64,000 bases of DNA from assembly GCA_965649265.1 (NCBI GenBank), contig CBFGKC010000006.1, forward strand, positions 122,883-186,882, given 5' to 3'. Shown here one piece after another: positions 17,723 through 26,090 of this stretch (position 1 is the stretch's first letter; every line of letters starts with the position of its first letter). Origin of the DNA: a candidate division WOR-3 bacterium (GTDB lineage: Bacteria; Hydrothermota; Tepidihabitantia; B3-TA06). The notes beneath the pieces are model-generated. The model had not been told where the DNA came from. It saw only the letters and a program-made list of their open reading frames with translations, and did not search any database. A program made the translations under genes and the position numbers.

Positions 17723-18097
17723 GTGAATTTATCTCGTGCCGAGCGAATACAAGAATTACTCAACGATATCCGCAGGATTGATCCTGATATAGAAGGTACA
17801 GCCGTTGCGACAAATGAAGGCCTTGTCATTGCTTCTTCCCTTAACGAGAATCTTGACGAAGAAAGACTTTCGGCCGTATGTGCAGCAGTAAACGAGGCCA
17901 TTCGCAGGACGGCGGAGGAACTGGATAAAGGCAGGCCAACAGAGGTTCTCATTCATGCCCCGCAAGGCTACATTTTCATCATGAAGGCAGGAGCGGCTTC
18001 GCTTCTTGTTGCCGTCACACGGCGTACGGCGAATGTCGGACTCATCCTGTTGGACATGCGTAAGATAGCACGCGAAGTAACACCTATCCTCGACTAA
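17723..18097 (+). CDS. Roadblock/LC7 domain protein
   Basis: EGTAVATNEGLVIAS...LSAV...NVGLILLDMR; SD GGAGG. Confidence 0.88.
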   Translation: MNLSRAERIQELLNDIRRIDPDIEGTAVATNEGLVIASSLNENLDEERLSAVCAAVNEAIRRTAEELDKGRPTEVLIHAPQGYIFIMKAGAASLLVAVTRRTANVGLILLDMRKIAREVTPILD

Positions 18098-18098
18098 A

Positions 18099-18722
18099 TC
18101 AATTTCCGCTCGTTCGGAAGTACACCTTGAAATCGCTCCAGTCCTTGGGTGTCTGGAGAGGAGGAAATGTGTCAATTTCTTTTGTATCTGTACTGTCAAC
18201 AGGTAAGTGGGGGAGAAAGATTGTTTCGGCCGCCACGTCTTTCCAATTTGATATATACCAGTAGTTGCCCCGTTTTATAATCTCGAGCTTCATTCCACCT
18301 GCAAGGGTTTCGTAGCCGTCGATGGCTGTAAGAATCAGGTAGTTTGCGTCAAGGTAGGCCATGGTATCGTTTGCGGAGAAAGAAGTAGTGTCCATTTGAA
18401 GCAGAAGGGGGGGGATCTGTCTGGACGTGGCGAGCTGGTTGAACATCTTCTGGGTGAGCCTTGATTCGGCCGAGTCCTCCCACGGGGTATACGCGGTTCC
18501 TCTTGTGGAATCCTCGGGGTTGAACTTGAAGCTGAAGGTATCCAGACACAGAAAGAATTTTTCGAAATCAAGCGTGTTGTAGGAATCCACAAGATTGTGA
18601 ATGACGGCCATGGAATCAATGGGAGTCAATTCCCTTGCATAGTCGCGGGGGTCAAAAAACTCGCAGCCAGCCGCCAGAAGTACTAAAATAAAACCCAAAA
18701 TCACGCAAAAGAACTTTTTCAC
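18099..18722 (-). CDS. Lipoprotein of unknown function
   Basis: MKK plus hydrophobic core plus AAGC lipobox; WYISNWKD C-terminal strand. Confidence 0.75.
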   Translation of the reverse strand: MKKFFCVILGFILVLLAAGCEFFDPRDYARELTPIDSMAVIHNLVDSYNTLDFEKFFLCLDTFSFKFNPEDSTRGTAYTPWEDSAESRLTQKMFNQLATSRQIPPLLLQMDTTSFSANDTMAYLDANYLILTAIDGYETLAGGMKLEIIKRGNYWYISNWKDVAAETIFLPHLPVDSTDTKEIDTFPPLQTPKDWSDFKVYFRTSGN

Positions 18723-18776
18723 GGTAACTCCTTGTTATTCAAATTTCGATTCGTCTGCGGTTCATACGAGGTGAGT

Positions 18777-20552
18777 CTAAAAAGAACCGTAGATCGACAA
18801 AGAAGCTTCGAGTGGTGCCTCATAGTCGCTTCTGATAAACTTGAAACCGCCGCTTATGGTCAGATACGGCCACGGGTAGTAGTTTGCCTCAATGCCTGCA
18901 AAATGGCTGGACTGTGTCAGCGCTTGCCCGTCGGAAGGGAATAGCTTTTGTTTGAGTCCCACGAAACCGGTGATTGTCAACCACTGTCTGGACCACCAAC
19001 CGGGTTGATACCATTTTGGAGCCTCCTCTTTTCTCAGGGATATGTAAGAGAGGCTGTAGCGCTGCTCAATCTCGTCGCGAATAGCGCTTTGTTTGAGGTC
19101 GCCGGAAATCATGCGCCAGTTTTCGTATCTCTTCCAACTCACTCTTGCATCAGGTCTCAAGCACTCTTTCGGAAAAAGAGTCAATTCAAAAATATCGGAC
19201 CAGGTTCTATCGGCGCGGTTGTTGGAAGAGTCTGTATAATATTCGGTCCAGTCAAAAGAAAGACTGGCAGAATTCGCAATGGACGAAAAACTCAGTATAT
19301 TAAGATCGCAGTCCCATGCAGCCTGGCTTGAACGGCGAAGGTTTGAACTTGCAGCATAGGCCGGTCTTACATAGTGCGTGCGAGTAACAGAATGGTTGAG
19401 CTTGAAGTTTGTCGTAAAGTCGGTCCAGAGGTTGAGGGAGGTGGAGAGGTTTGCCTTTTCCGTGAACTTGTCATGGTCCAGATTGTTGAGGGTATCGGGC
19501 GTGTCAAAGCGTTCCAAAGAAATGGTGTGGGAGAAATACATGGATCCGGGAGATAGGGGGCGGGCCTCGCTGCCTGTGCTTCTGGCGTAGGAAGGTCTTC
19601 TCGTGAAATTGTGGTTTATTGTGCTGGTGAATGTGTTAAGTGTTTTGTTGTAATCGTAGTAACTTTCACTTTGGTCGTGCAAGGTGTTGTCAGTAGAGAA
19701 AAGAAGGCGCAGGGAAGTATACCGCAAAACCTGGTAAAGCATGGTTGCGTCAAGATTGCGTTCGGTTTCCTTGTAGCTGGAACTCATGAAGGAATTGTTC
19801 ACGAGCGTATCGATTGAATAGTTCGCGGAAAAATCAAGTTTAATACGCGGAGATAATGAAAGGGTATCTCTGATCCAGGCAAGAGCGCCCAGCTCGTCAT
19901 AATCCGAAAAACCCCTTGCTTCGCGCTTGCCGAATGATGCTCCCGAAAGGAAGCCGCTTTTAAAAAACGGCAGCGATGACAAGGAAATTTCAAAGGTGTC
20001 TCCCTTATCGCTCCAGTTTGAATGAATTTCTCTATTGTGATAAAAACTCAAGGTGCAAGGTGCGGTACGAACCATAAAAAGCGCATAGTCCTGCATAGTC
20101 GTATCGAAAGACCATCCGGCACCCGGTCCGTAAAGAGCGACTCTTTCATTTCCGTAACTGGCTTTGAAGTGTGTATAGAGGAGGTCCTTTGTGGTTACCG
20201 TATTTAAATAAGCGTAGGATGCGTGGCGTTCGTATCCTTCCGTACCGTCGGACTCGGTGGTAAGGGTTTTGGAACCATTAATTCCTGTGGTCAGGGAAAA
20301 CCAGTCAACGGGACGATATGTGAGATCGACGACGCCGTAGTTAATCCTGTTAAGATTCTTGGAAAGCGAGTCCCAGTTGGAGGAACTCCACTGGCTCAGG
20401 GATACTCCTAACTGGCTGGAAAGCATGCGCTCAAAGTATGCACTTTCCCAAAACCCTCTGGTCAAGACGGTATTGTATCCGGAACTTTGAACTATTACCG
20501 TGTCTGCGTTGAAGGCGCTAGGCAATAATATCAATAAGCTTAACATAATCAC
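18777..20552 (-). CDS. Putative outer-membrane beta-barrel protein
   Basis: Short signal peptide, alternating amphipathic strands, C-terminal Phe (LSIYGSF). Confidence 0.6.
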   Translation of the reverse strand: MIMLSLLILLPSAFNADTVIVQSSGYNTVLTRGFWESAYFERMLSSQLGVSLSQWSSSNWDSLSKNLNRINYGVVDLTYRPVDWFSLTTGINGSKTLTTESDGTEGYERHASYAYLNTVTTKDLLYTHFKASYGNERVALYGPGAGWSFDTTMQDYALFMVRTAPCTLSFYHNREIHSNWSDKGDTFEISLSSLPFFKSGFLSGASFGKREARGFSDYDELGALAWIRDTLSLSPRIKLDFSANYSIDTLVNNSFMSSSYKETERNLDATMLYQVLRYTSLRLLFSTDNTLHDQSESYYDYNKTLNTFTSTINHNFTRRPSYARSTGSEARPLSPGSMYFSHTISLERFDTPDTLNNLDHDKFTEKANLSTSLNLWTDFTTNFKLNHSVTRTHYVRPAYAASSNLRRSSQAAWDCDLNILSFSSIANSASLSFDWTEYYTDSSNNRADRTWSDIFELTLFPKECLRPDARVSWKRYENWRMISGDLKQSAIRDEIEQRYSLSYISLRKEEAPKWYQPGWWSRQWLTITGFVGLKQKLFPSDGQALTQSSHFAGIEANYYPWPYLTISGGFKFIRSDYEAPLEASLSIYGSF

Positions 20553-21393
20553 CTGGAGAAAGTTCTTGCGGTCTTACATTTGACAAATGTCCGGTATTTT
20601 CGATAACCATTGCCGGGGAGGGTACACCGATCATTTTCAGGTTATTGGCGAGGGTTTTTCGCCTGTGAGCGAAACACTGCCTGACAAGCCTAGAGAAGGT
20701 TGCGGGGTCGTCGGGCCACAAGGGCTTTTCCAGCGGTTCGACTTTTATCGTTATCGAACGAACCTTGGGCACGGGCGCAAACGCGCGCGGGTCAATCTCA
20801 AAGAGTTTCTGGGTTTTCAGGAAAGCCTGCGCGACCACGGAAAGAGCCGAATAGTCATGAGAACCAAGCTGGGCCGTCAACCGCTCGGCAAACTCCGCCT
20901 GAACCGTAAGCACGGCTTTCTTCCAGAATTTCCTCCTGTCGAGCAGCCAGAAGAGTATCTCCGCCGACAGGTGATACGGAAGATTTCCCAGTACCCCGTC
21001 CACACATCCATAGCGATCAATATCAAGTTCTCTGACATCCGAAAGGAAAAGCTCGAGATTCTTGTGGAGGTCGGCAAGAACCCGGAGAGTCGGGAAGCAT
21101 GTCTCGTCCACTTCCACCGCTACTATTCTCGATACCCTGTCGACAATCAAGCGGGTCAGCTCGCCGGTTCCCGCACCTATCTCGATTACCGTATCTTCTT
21201 TTTTTGCGCCAAGACTGTCAACGATTCTTTCACCCACCTCTTTCCATCGCAAGAAGTGCTGACCCAGGCGCTTCTTGGGGTGAACATGGATAATACCCCC
21301 ATCTAATTTACTGCGTAAATTAGATGGGGACCCGCTATCCACGGGCACGGTTCTGGTACTTGAATCTCCGTGCAAGGTTTTCCTCTTACCCAA
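20518..21393 (-). CDS. rsmA: 16S rRNA m6,2A dimethyltransferase
   Basis: PKKRLGQHFL, EIGAG.G.LT, GNLPY, F.P.PKV.S, F..RRKTL.N. Confidence 0.95.
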   Translation of the reverse strand: MGKRKTLHGDSSTRTVPVDSGSPSNLRSKLDGGIIHVHPKKRLGQHFLRWKEVGERIVDSLGAKKEDTVIEIGAGTGELTRLIVDRVSRIVAVEVDETCFPTLRVLADLHKNLELFLSDVRELDIDRYGCVDGVLGNLPYHLSAEILFWLLDRRKFWKKAVLTVQAEFAERLTAQLGSHDYSALSVVAQAFLKTQKLFEIDPRAFAPVPKVRSITIKVEPLEKPLWPDDPATFSRLVRQCFAHRRKTLANNLKMIGVPSPAMVIENTGHLSNVRPQELSPGDYVKLIDIIA

Positions 21394-22138
21394 GGAACAG
21401 CTCCTTGCCGTTGCGTTCGGTAAGTGCCGCTATATCCTCAGCAGGTTTGACTAGAATTTCGGCCGCCTTCTCCACAACATATCGGACATATGCGGGTTCG
21501 TTACGTTCCCGGCGATGGGGTTCGGGCGTCAGGTAGGGACAATCGGTCTCCACTAGAAGCCGCTCGAGTGGTGCATTGCCTAGCCAGCGTCGGGTTCTCA
21601 GAGCGTCATAAGTTATGGTTCCGTTCAGACCGAGGTAGAAGCCGAGTTCGACTATTCTGTCCACCTGATTCGAATCGGCGGACACCGAATGGAACACACC
21701 CCAGTAGTAGCCGATTTCCTCTACCGTTCGTATGGTATCGTCCATCGCCTCCCTGGTGTGAATAACTATCGGTAGCTTAACGGACTCGGCGAGTTCTATC
21801 TGCTCGGCAAACACCCGGCGCTGGACGTCGCGCGGGGAGAGGTCCCTGTAGAAATCTAACCCTATTTCTCCAATGGCCTTGACCTTCTCGTGTCTTGTCA
21901 ATTCCTCAAGTCTGATTAAATAGTCAGGAGGTGTGTTACGGGAGTCGTGAGGATGATAACCCACGGCAACCCATACCCCGTCGTGTCTTTCCGCGAAGCC
22001 AATGGCATCCTCGCACGATCGCAGGTCCCAGCCCACCTCAAGCATGAGCGTGACACCCTCCCCCCTGGCCCGTTCTAAGACTCTCTCCCTGTCATTAGCG
22101 AAACGTTTGTGGCATATATGGGTGTGGGTATCGAACAT
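21386..22138 (-). CDS. TatD family nuclease
   Basis: DTHTH, GYHPH, GEIGLD, IHTR, ETDCPYL.P..R..RNEP. Confidence 0.95.
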   Translation of the reverse strand: MFDTHTHICHKRFANDRERVLERARGEGVTLMLEVGWDLRSCEDAIGFAERHDGVWVAVGYHPHDSRNTPPDYLIRLEELTRHEKVKAIGEIGLDFYRDLSPRDVQRRVFAEQIELAESVKLPIVIHTREAMDDTIRTVEEIGYYWGVFHSVSADSNQVDRIVELGFYLGLNGTITYDALRTRRWLGNAPLERLLVETDCPYLTPEPHRRERNEPAYVRYVVEKAAEILVKPAEDIAALTERNGKELFLG

Positions 22139-22154
22139 CTTCCCCCTTCATTCC

Positions 22155-22478
22155 TTAAGTCAGTCTTGAACCCGGTTCCGCTTCCTTGTCCATCGTTGCA
22201 AGGATAATCTTTCCCTCGCTTGTCGCTGCAAGAAGCATTCCCTGCGACTCTATTCCTCTGATTACCGCAGGTTCAAGATTGGCGACCACTATAATTTGTT
22301 TGTCAAGGAGTTCCTCAGGCGCATAATGCTGGGCTATACCCGCTACAAGCTGACGTTCTTCGATGCCCACGGTGATTTTCAACTTCAGGAGCTTGTCAGC
22401 GCCTTCAACTCGTTCCGCCGCGAGTACTTTTGCGACTCTCAGATCTACCTTCCTGAAATCATCAATGGAGATGGCCAA
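22155..22478 (-). CDS. Stand-alone tRNA-binding OB-fold protein (MetRS C-terminal/Trbp111/CsaA-like)
   Basis: IDDF.KVDLRV...ADKLLKL...VANLEP..IRGIESQGMLLAA. Confidence 0.9.
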   Translation of the reverse strand: MAISIDDFRKVDLRVAKVLAAERVEGADKLLKLKITVGIEERQLVAGIAQHYAPEELLDKQIIVVANLEPAVIRGIESQGMLLAATSEGKIILATMDKEAEPGSRLT

Positions 22479-22581
22479 TTCTCCTCCTTGAATTAATTTT
22501 TAGTGTAGGATACTCATGAGACTCGTTCTGTCAACGATATGAATTTTTTCGCGTAAAGAAATTGGCAATAATTGGCCGGTT

Positions 22582-24618
22582 TTAATTAACCAGGATAATC
22601 TTTCTTATGGATATTTCGTCGGTAGTTAATGTTCTTAAGAAGTATACGCCGGTTGAAAGGTTTTGAGGCCAGTGTATTTCCATTTCACCGTTAATTACTT
22701 GCAGTGGAAGGATTTCTTCTATCCTTCTGCCGCCAATATCGTAGAGTTCCATTCTGGCGAGCGTCCGGTAGGGCAGATTGAGTTTGAACGGCACGCGGCT
22801 GTCCATTACCACGGGAAGGCTAAGGAGCCTGGAAACGGCACTGTCACGGGGCAGTATTTGTTCCTCGATGCTCAGTCTCAAGACCGGTTTGGCAGCAACA
22901 GGCTTGCACCTGCGGAACATTGCATCGATGGTGTTGCTGTCTGCAGCGTAAGATAAAAGAGTAATCTCATCGACGATTCCCTCTACAGAGTGGAGCTTAT
23001 TGTTCTGACTGCCGACAAAGAAAGGCCAGTCTTGGTTTTGGTCTTTACCGGGGCGGCCGACCCAGATAGAATCCTGCAATACTGAATTTCGGTAGAAACG
23101 AATTATTTCCCCGTCATATGTAGCCGCCAGAAACATCCAATGATCAAGATTCTCCTGCGGATCCCCGGTCAAACGAAAGAAAGACTTCGATCGCGATTCG
23201 GTTGTGGTCCAGAGCGTGTCGTGCAAGAACGCAAGGTCCTCCGGCAGCAAGGGCTCGGAACAGAACGAAACGAATCCGGCTCTGTAATCTTCGAAAGCCG
23301 CGGCTTTTTCGAGATCGAATTTGATGAGACTTGCGTTGCCCGATTCCCAGACGTACTTACCGTCAAAATCCAGACCCTGAGAAGAGCCGGCGTTTCTGTA
23401 TCGTCCTAAAATCTTCGGCTGGCCGGTGGCAAGAGAGGTCTTTTCGTCAACGATGTATGTGTAATGATTGACTCCCCAGGTGGAAATAAGAAGGCGTGAC
23501 GTATCACCAAACGGAGCAAAACAGCATGCGGATAAGCTGTCTTGGTTGATAGAGAACGTACCGATGATGTTCGCGGAATGCGTTTCGTATGATTTATGAT
23601 AATCGATCGCGTAAATCATATTGGATTTGAAATCCGAGGCCCACAAGATATCGGATACCGAATCGTATGCCAGTCCTGACGTATGTTTGGCCTCGGGCGG
23701 CATATCGAACCAGCCGGTGCGTGACAGGTCGGCAGGATTGATCCTCCATACTTGAGAGGGTTGATTCGGATCGAGGTCAACGGCAAGAAAAAGCTCTTCC
23801 CCGACCGATGTAAGCCCCTGGGGAATAAATTTTTCTGAAACAAGGGGGCTTCCTACCCTTTCCCAGCCGAATGGAGGCATCATGCACGTAGAGGTTGTTG
23901 CCGCGTGGGATACCGAAAAGCAGAGATTCCCGCTTTGGAGCCAAATTTTGAAAAAATCGCTCACTTCGGCAATGATTCGCTGCGAAGCGGAGTATGCAAG
24001 GTTGCTCGAAGTGTCAAGCTTGAGCCATAAGGCGACTGTAAATGAATCCCTCAACGAATTCACGGGAATATCTGCCATTGCATAAGTACCTTTAGAAAAA
24101 CACAAAGCCGAGCCCGATGAAAATGTCAAATCTTCCCTGTTTTGCCATCCTCCGCCGTCCCCTTCCTTCCAGGATGTTCCGTTAAGAGTAAGACAACCGT
24201 TATGTTCCTCATAGTATGTCGAGTTCCCCAGGCCTTCGTCGCAGTGGAAAACCCAGCCTTGACCCGGGTCGACGGATATTTTTGTAAATACCGAATCGAA
24301 GTTTGGCCCAGTGTTTTCTTCATTTGCATAATATAAATCAAGGAAATCTTCGCCGGGTAAGAGAGTATCCATCTTGAGCCAGATGCTGGTTGAATTGGTT
24401 TGAATAGTATCCTCAATCCAGTACGGGATAAGATTATTATGGTGATAAAAGCGCAGCGAGTACGCCTCCGGATCGAGCTTTCCCTGGTCAATTAGGTCGC
24501 GGGTATCCAGATTTAAATGAACCTGAACGTCTACAGCCGGGGTATCCGCAGGATTGCTTACTGTAATCTTGCGCTCGTATATATTCGACGCGAAGAGGTA
24601 TAAAATCAAAAGCCCCAC
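22582..24618 (-). CDS. Exported DUF2341 + LamG-like + beta-propeller protein with C-terminal sorting-like domain
   Basis: SLRF...IPYWIE...IWLK...LYY (DUF2341-like); FTVALW, WMFLAATYDG, G.VDE (LamG); QGL/SGLAYD blades; YDIGGR..GVYF. Confidence 0.75.
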   Translation of the reverse strand: MGLLILYLFASNIYERKITVSNPADTPAVDVQVHLNLDTRDLIDQGKLDPEAYSLRFYHHNNLIPYWIEDTIQTNSTSIWLKMDTLLPGEDFLDLYYANEENTGPNFDSVFTKISVDPGQGWVFHCDEGLGNSTYYEEHNGCLTLNGTSWKEGDGGGWQNREDLTFSSGSALCFSKGTYAMADIPVNSLRDSFTVALWLKLDTSSNLAYSASQRIIAEVSDFFKIWLQSGNLCFSVSHAATTSTCMMPPFGWERVGSPLVSEKFIPQGLTSVGEELFLAVDLDPNQPSQVWRINPADLSRTGWFDMPPEAKHTSGLAYDSVSDILWASDFKSNMIYAIDYHKSYETHSANIIGTFSINQDSLSACCFAPFGDTSRLLISTWGVNHYTYIVDEKTSLATGQPKILGRYRNAGSSQGLDFDGKYVWESGNASLIKFDLEKAAAFEDYRAGFVSFCSEPLLPEDLAFLHDTLWTTTESRSKSFFRLTGDPQENLDHWMFLAATYDGEIIRFYRNSVLQDSIWVGRPGKDQNQDWPFFVGSQNNKLHSVEGIVDEITLLSYAADSNTIDAMFRRCKPVAAKPVLRLSIEEQILPRDSAVSRLLSLPVVMDSRVPFKLNLPYRTLARMELYDIGGRRIEEILPLQVINGEMEIHWPQNLSTGVYFLRTLTTDEISIRKIILVN

Positions 24619-24658
24619 GCGCTCCTGCCTTTCTTAGAGTGAGTGGGGCTTTCGAATA

Positions 24659-25021
24659 TCATGAACTCATGAAGTTTTGATAGATAATCCCGTAGCGCGT
24701 CCTGACCGGTTCGTTGGAGCCCATTCTTGCGACCCAGCCGTTCTGAACGACTTGCCAGGTGCCGGGCTTGACGCCCTTTGATTCCACGAACGCGTTCACG
24801 GCCTCGGGGCCCATGATGCTATTCTTGCCCATCAGCGCCGTTATCTCGGCGTACTTATCCAGGGTGATGCCCTCGATAGGCGCCCACATGGGGTCATTGA
24901 AGTCCACCGGCTGCGAAGCCTTCTGCTGATCTTCCGCGGCCTTTGCCTGCATATCCTGGGATTTTTTTATCGCATCGTTGGCGTTCTTCATCATGTTGTC
25001 GAAATCCTTAAACATGCCCAT
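24659..25021 (-). CDS. Hypothetical protein
   Basis: SD AAGGAGG; PIEGITLDKYAEI...W...W..RM helical pattern. Confidence 0.7.
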   Translation of the reverse strand: MGMFKDFDNMMKNANDAIKKSQDMQAKAAEDQQKASQPVDFNDPMWAPIEGITLDKYAEITALMGKNSIMGPEAVNAFVESKGVKPGTWQVVQNGWVARMGSNEPVRTRYGIIYQNFMSS

Positions 25022-25329
25022 GGTTCCTCCTTTGGTTTTGGCATACGTTGGCAGTATAGACAGCCGGTTAAAGTTGTCAATACGGAATTTTCCGGGTGTA
25101 CTTAGGTAGAATAGAGGATGTCCTCCTTATCGAGAGGGGGTACTACCCCTCTTCGTTCTTGGATGAGGCTGCGCTTCAAGGAAGCGCCGGGTGAGGGTTC
25201 CTCACTAACTGGAAGGGGGGAGGGGGAATCACTTTCTTCCTACCTTGGTGGAGGGGGCGGGGCGACCTCGTAGGGGCTTACGTGGATGCTTCTGCATCCG
25301 CTTCGCGTTAGGTGAGCCCGCAAAAAAAC

Positions 25330-25355
25330 GGGCTGACCTGAAGGTCGGCTCCTGC
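25330..25355 (-). repeat. Degenerate GTAG-type REP palindrome
   Basis: GGGCTGACCTGAAGGTCGGCTCCTGC, homologous to 41234-41259. Confidence 0.6.
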
Positions 25356-25465
25356 ACTTTGCGAGGCTGCGCCCGTTAAAGAATTTGATATTGCAGAGTA
25401 AACCTAATTGCTTTGATAATCCTCGATTATCTTCCCATGATCGAAACAAATGTCACCCCAAGTAA

Positions 25466-25885
25466 TTACTTCGTAATTTCTTGGGGACCCCGATTGATGT
25501 AATCACGGATGATTGTTGAGTGATCAAACGTAATCTGTTCCGGTAATGTATCCAGCTTAAAGACGCGGGCGAGCTTCGCGTCGTCGCCTTCGCGTAACAC
25601 ACCCTTGCCGTCGGCGGTGAAGACGACGGATACGGTATGGAAGCGGGGATCGCGCGAGGGTTCGGAGTAGACGTGGAACTGCTCGAGATTGTCCAAATCG
25701 AGTCCGGTCTCCTCCTTCATCTCCCTGCGCACGGCCTGCTCGACCGTCTCGCCTATCTCGACGAACCCGCCCGGCAGCGCCCACCCCGGGGGAGGGTAGC
25801 GTCTCTCGACAAGGATAATCCCGCCTTCGTACCGGATGATGCAGTCAACGGTCAGGTATGGGGTTTTGGGCGGCGACCAGGTCAT
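25466..25885 (-). CDS. NUDIX hydrolase
   Basis: Nudix box GG.VEIGETVEQAVRREMKEETGL; RDPR, GDDA. Confidence 0.93.
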   Translation of the reverse strand: MTWSPPKTPYLTVDCIIRYEGGIILVERRYPPPGWALPGGFVEIGETVEQAVRREMKEETGLDLDNLEQFHVYSEPSRDPRFHTVSVVFTADGKGVLREGDDAKLARVFKLDTLPEQITFDHSTIIRDYINRGPQEITK

Positions 25886-25911
25886 ACGCTGTCAGTAATG
25901 CAACAATCGTT

Positions 25912-26056
25912 TTGTTGCCGCAATGACACGGTCATTGCACTCCACACGGACTTGTTGCCGCAATGACACGGTCATCGCACTCCACACGGACTTGTTGCCG
26001 CAATGACGCGGTTATCGCACTCCACACAGACTTTGTTGCCGCAATGGCGCGGTCAT
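25912..26056. repeat. 40-bp tandem repeat (about 3.6 copies) with internal hairpin
   Basis: Unit TTGTTGCCGCAATGACACGGTCATTGCACTCCACACGGAC; stem GCAATGAC/GTCATTGC. Confidence 0.9.
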
Positions 26057-26090
26057 AATCGATCTGCGTAGTTCTTGAATCAAATAATCC

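Noticed and set aside
25912-26056. Possible CRISPR array (palindromic ~40-bp periodicity)
   Set aside because: Units are contiguous and near-identical, with no unique spacers and no cas genes.
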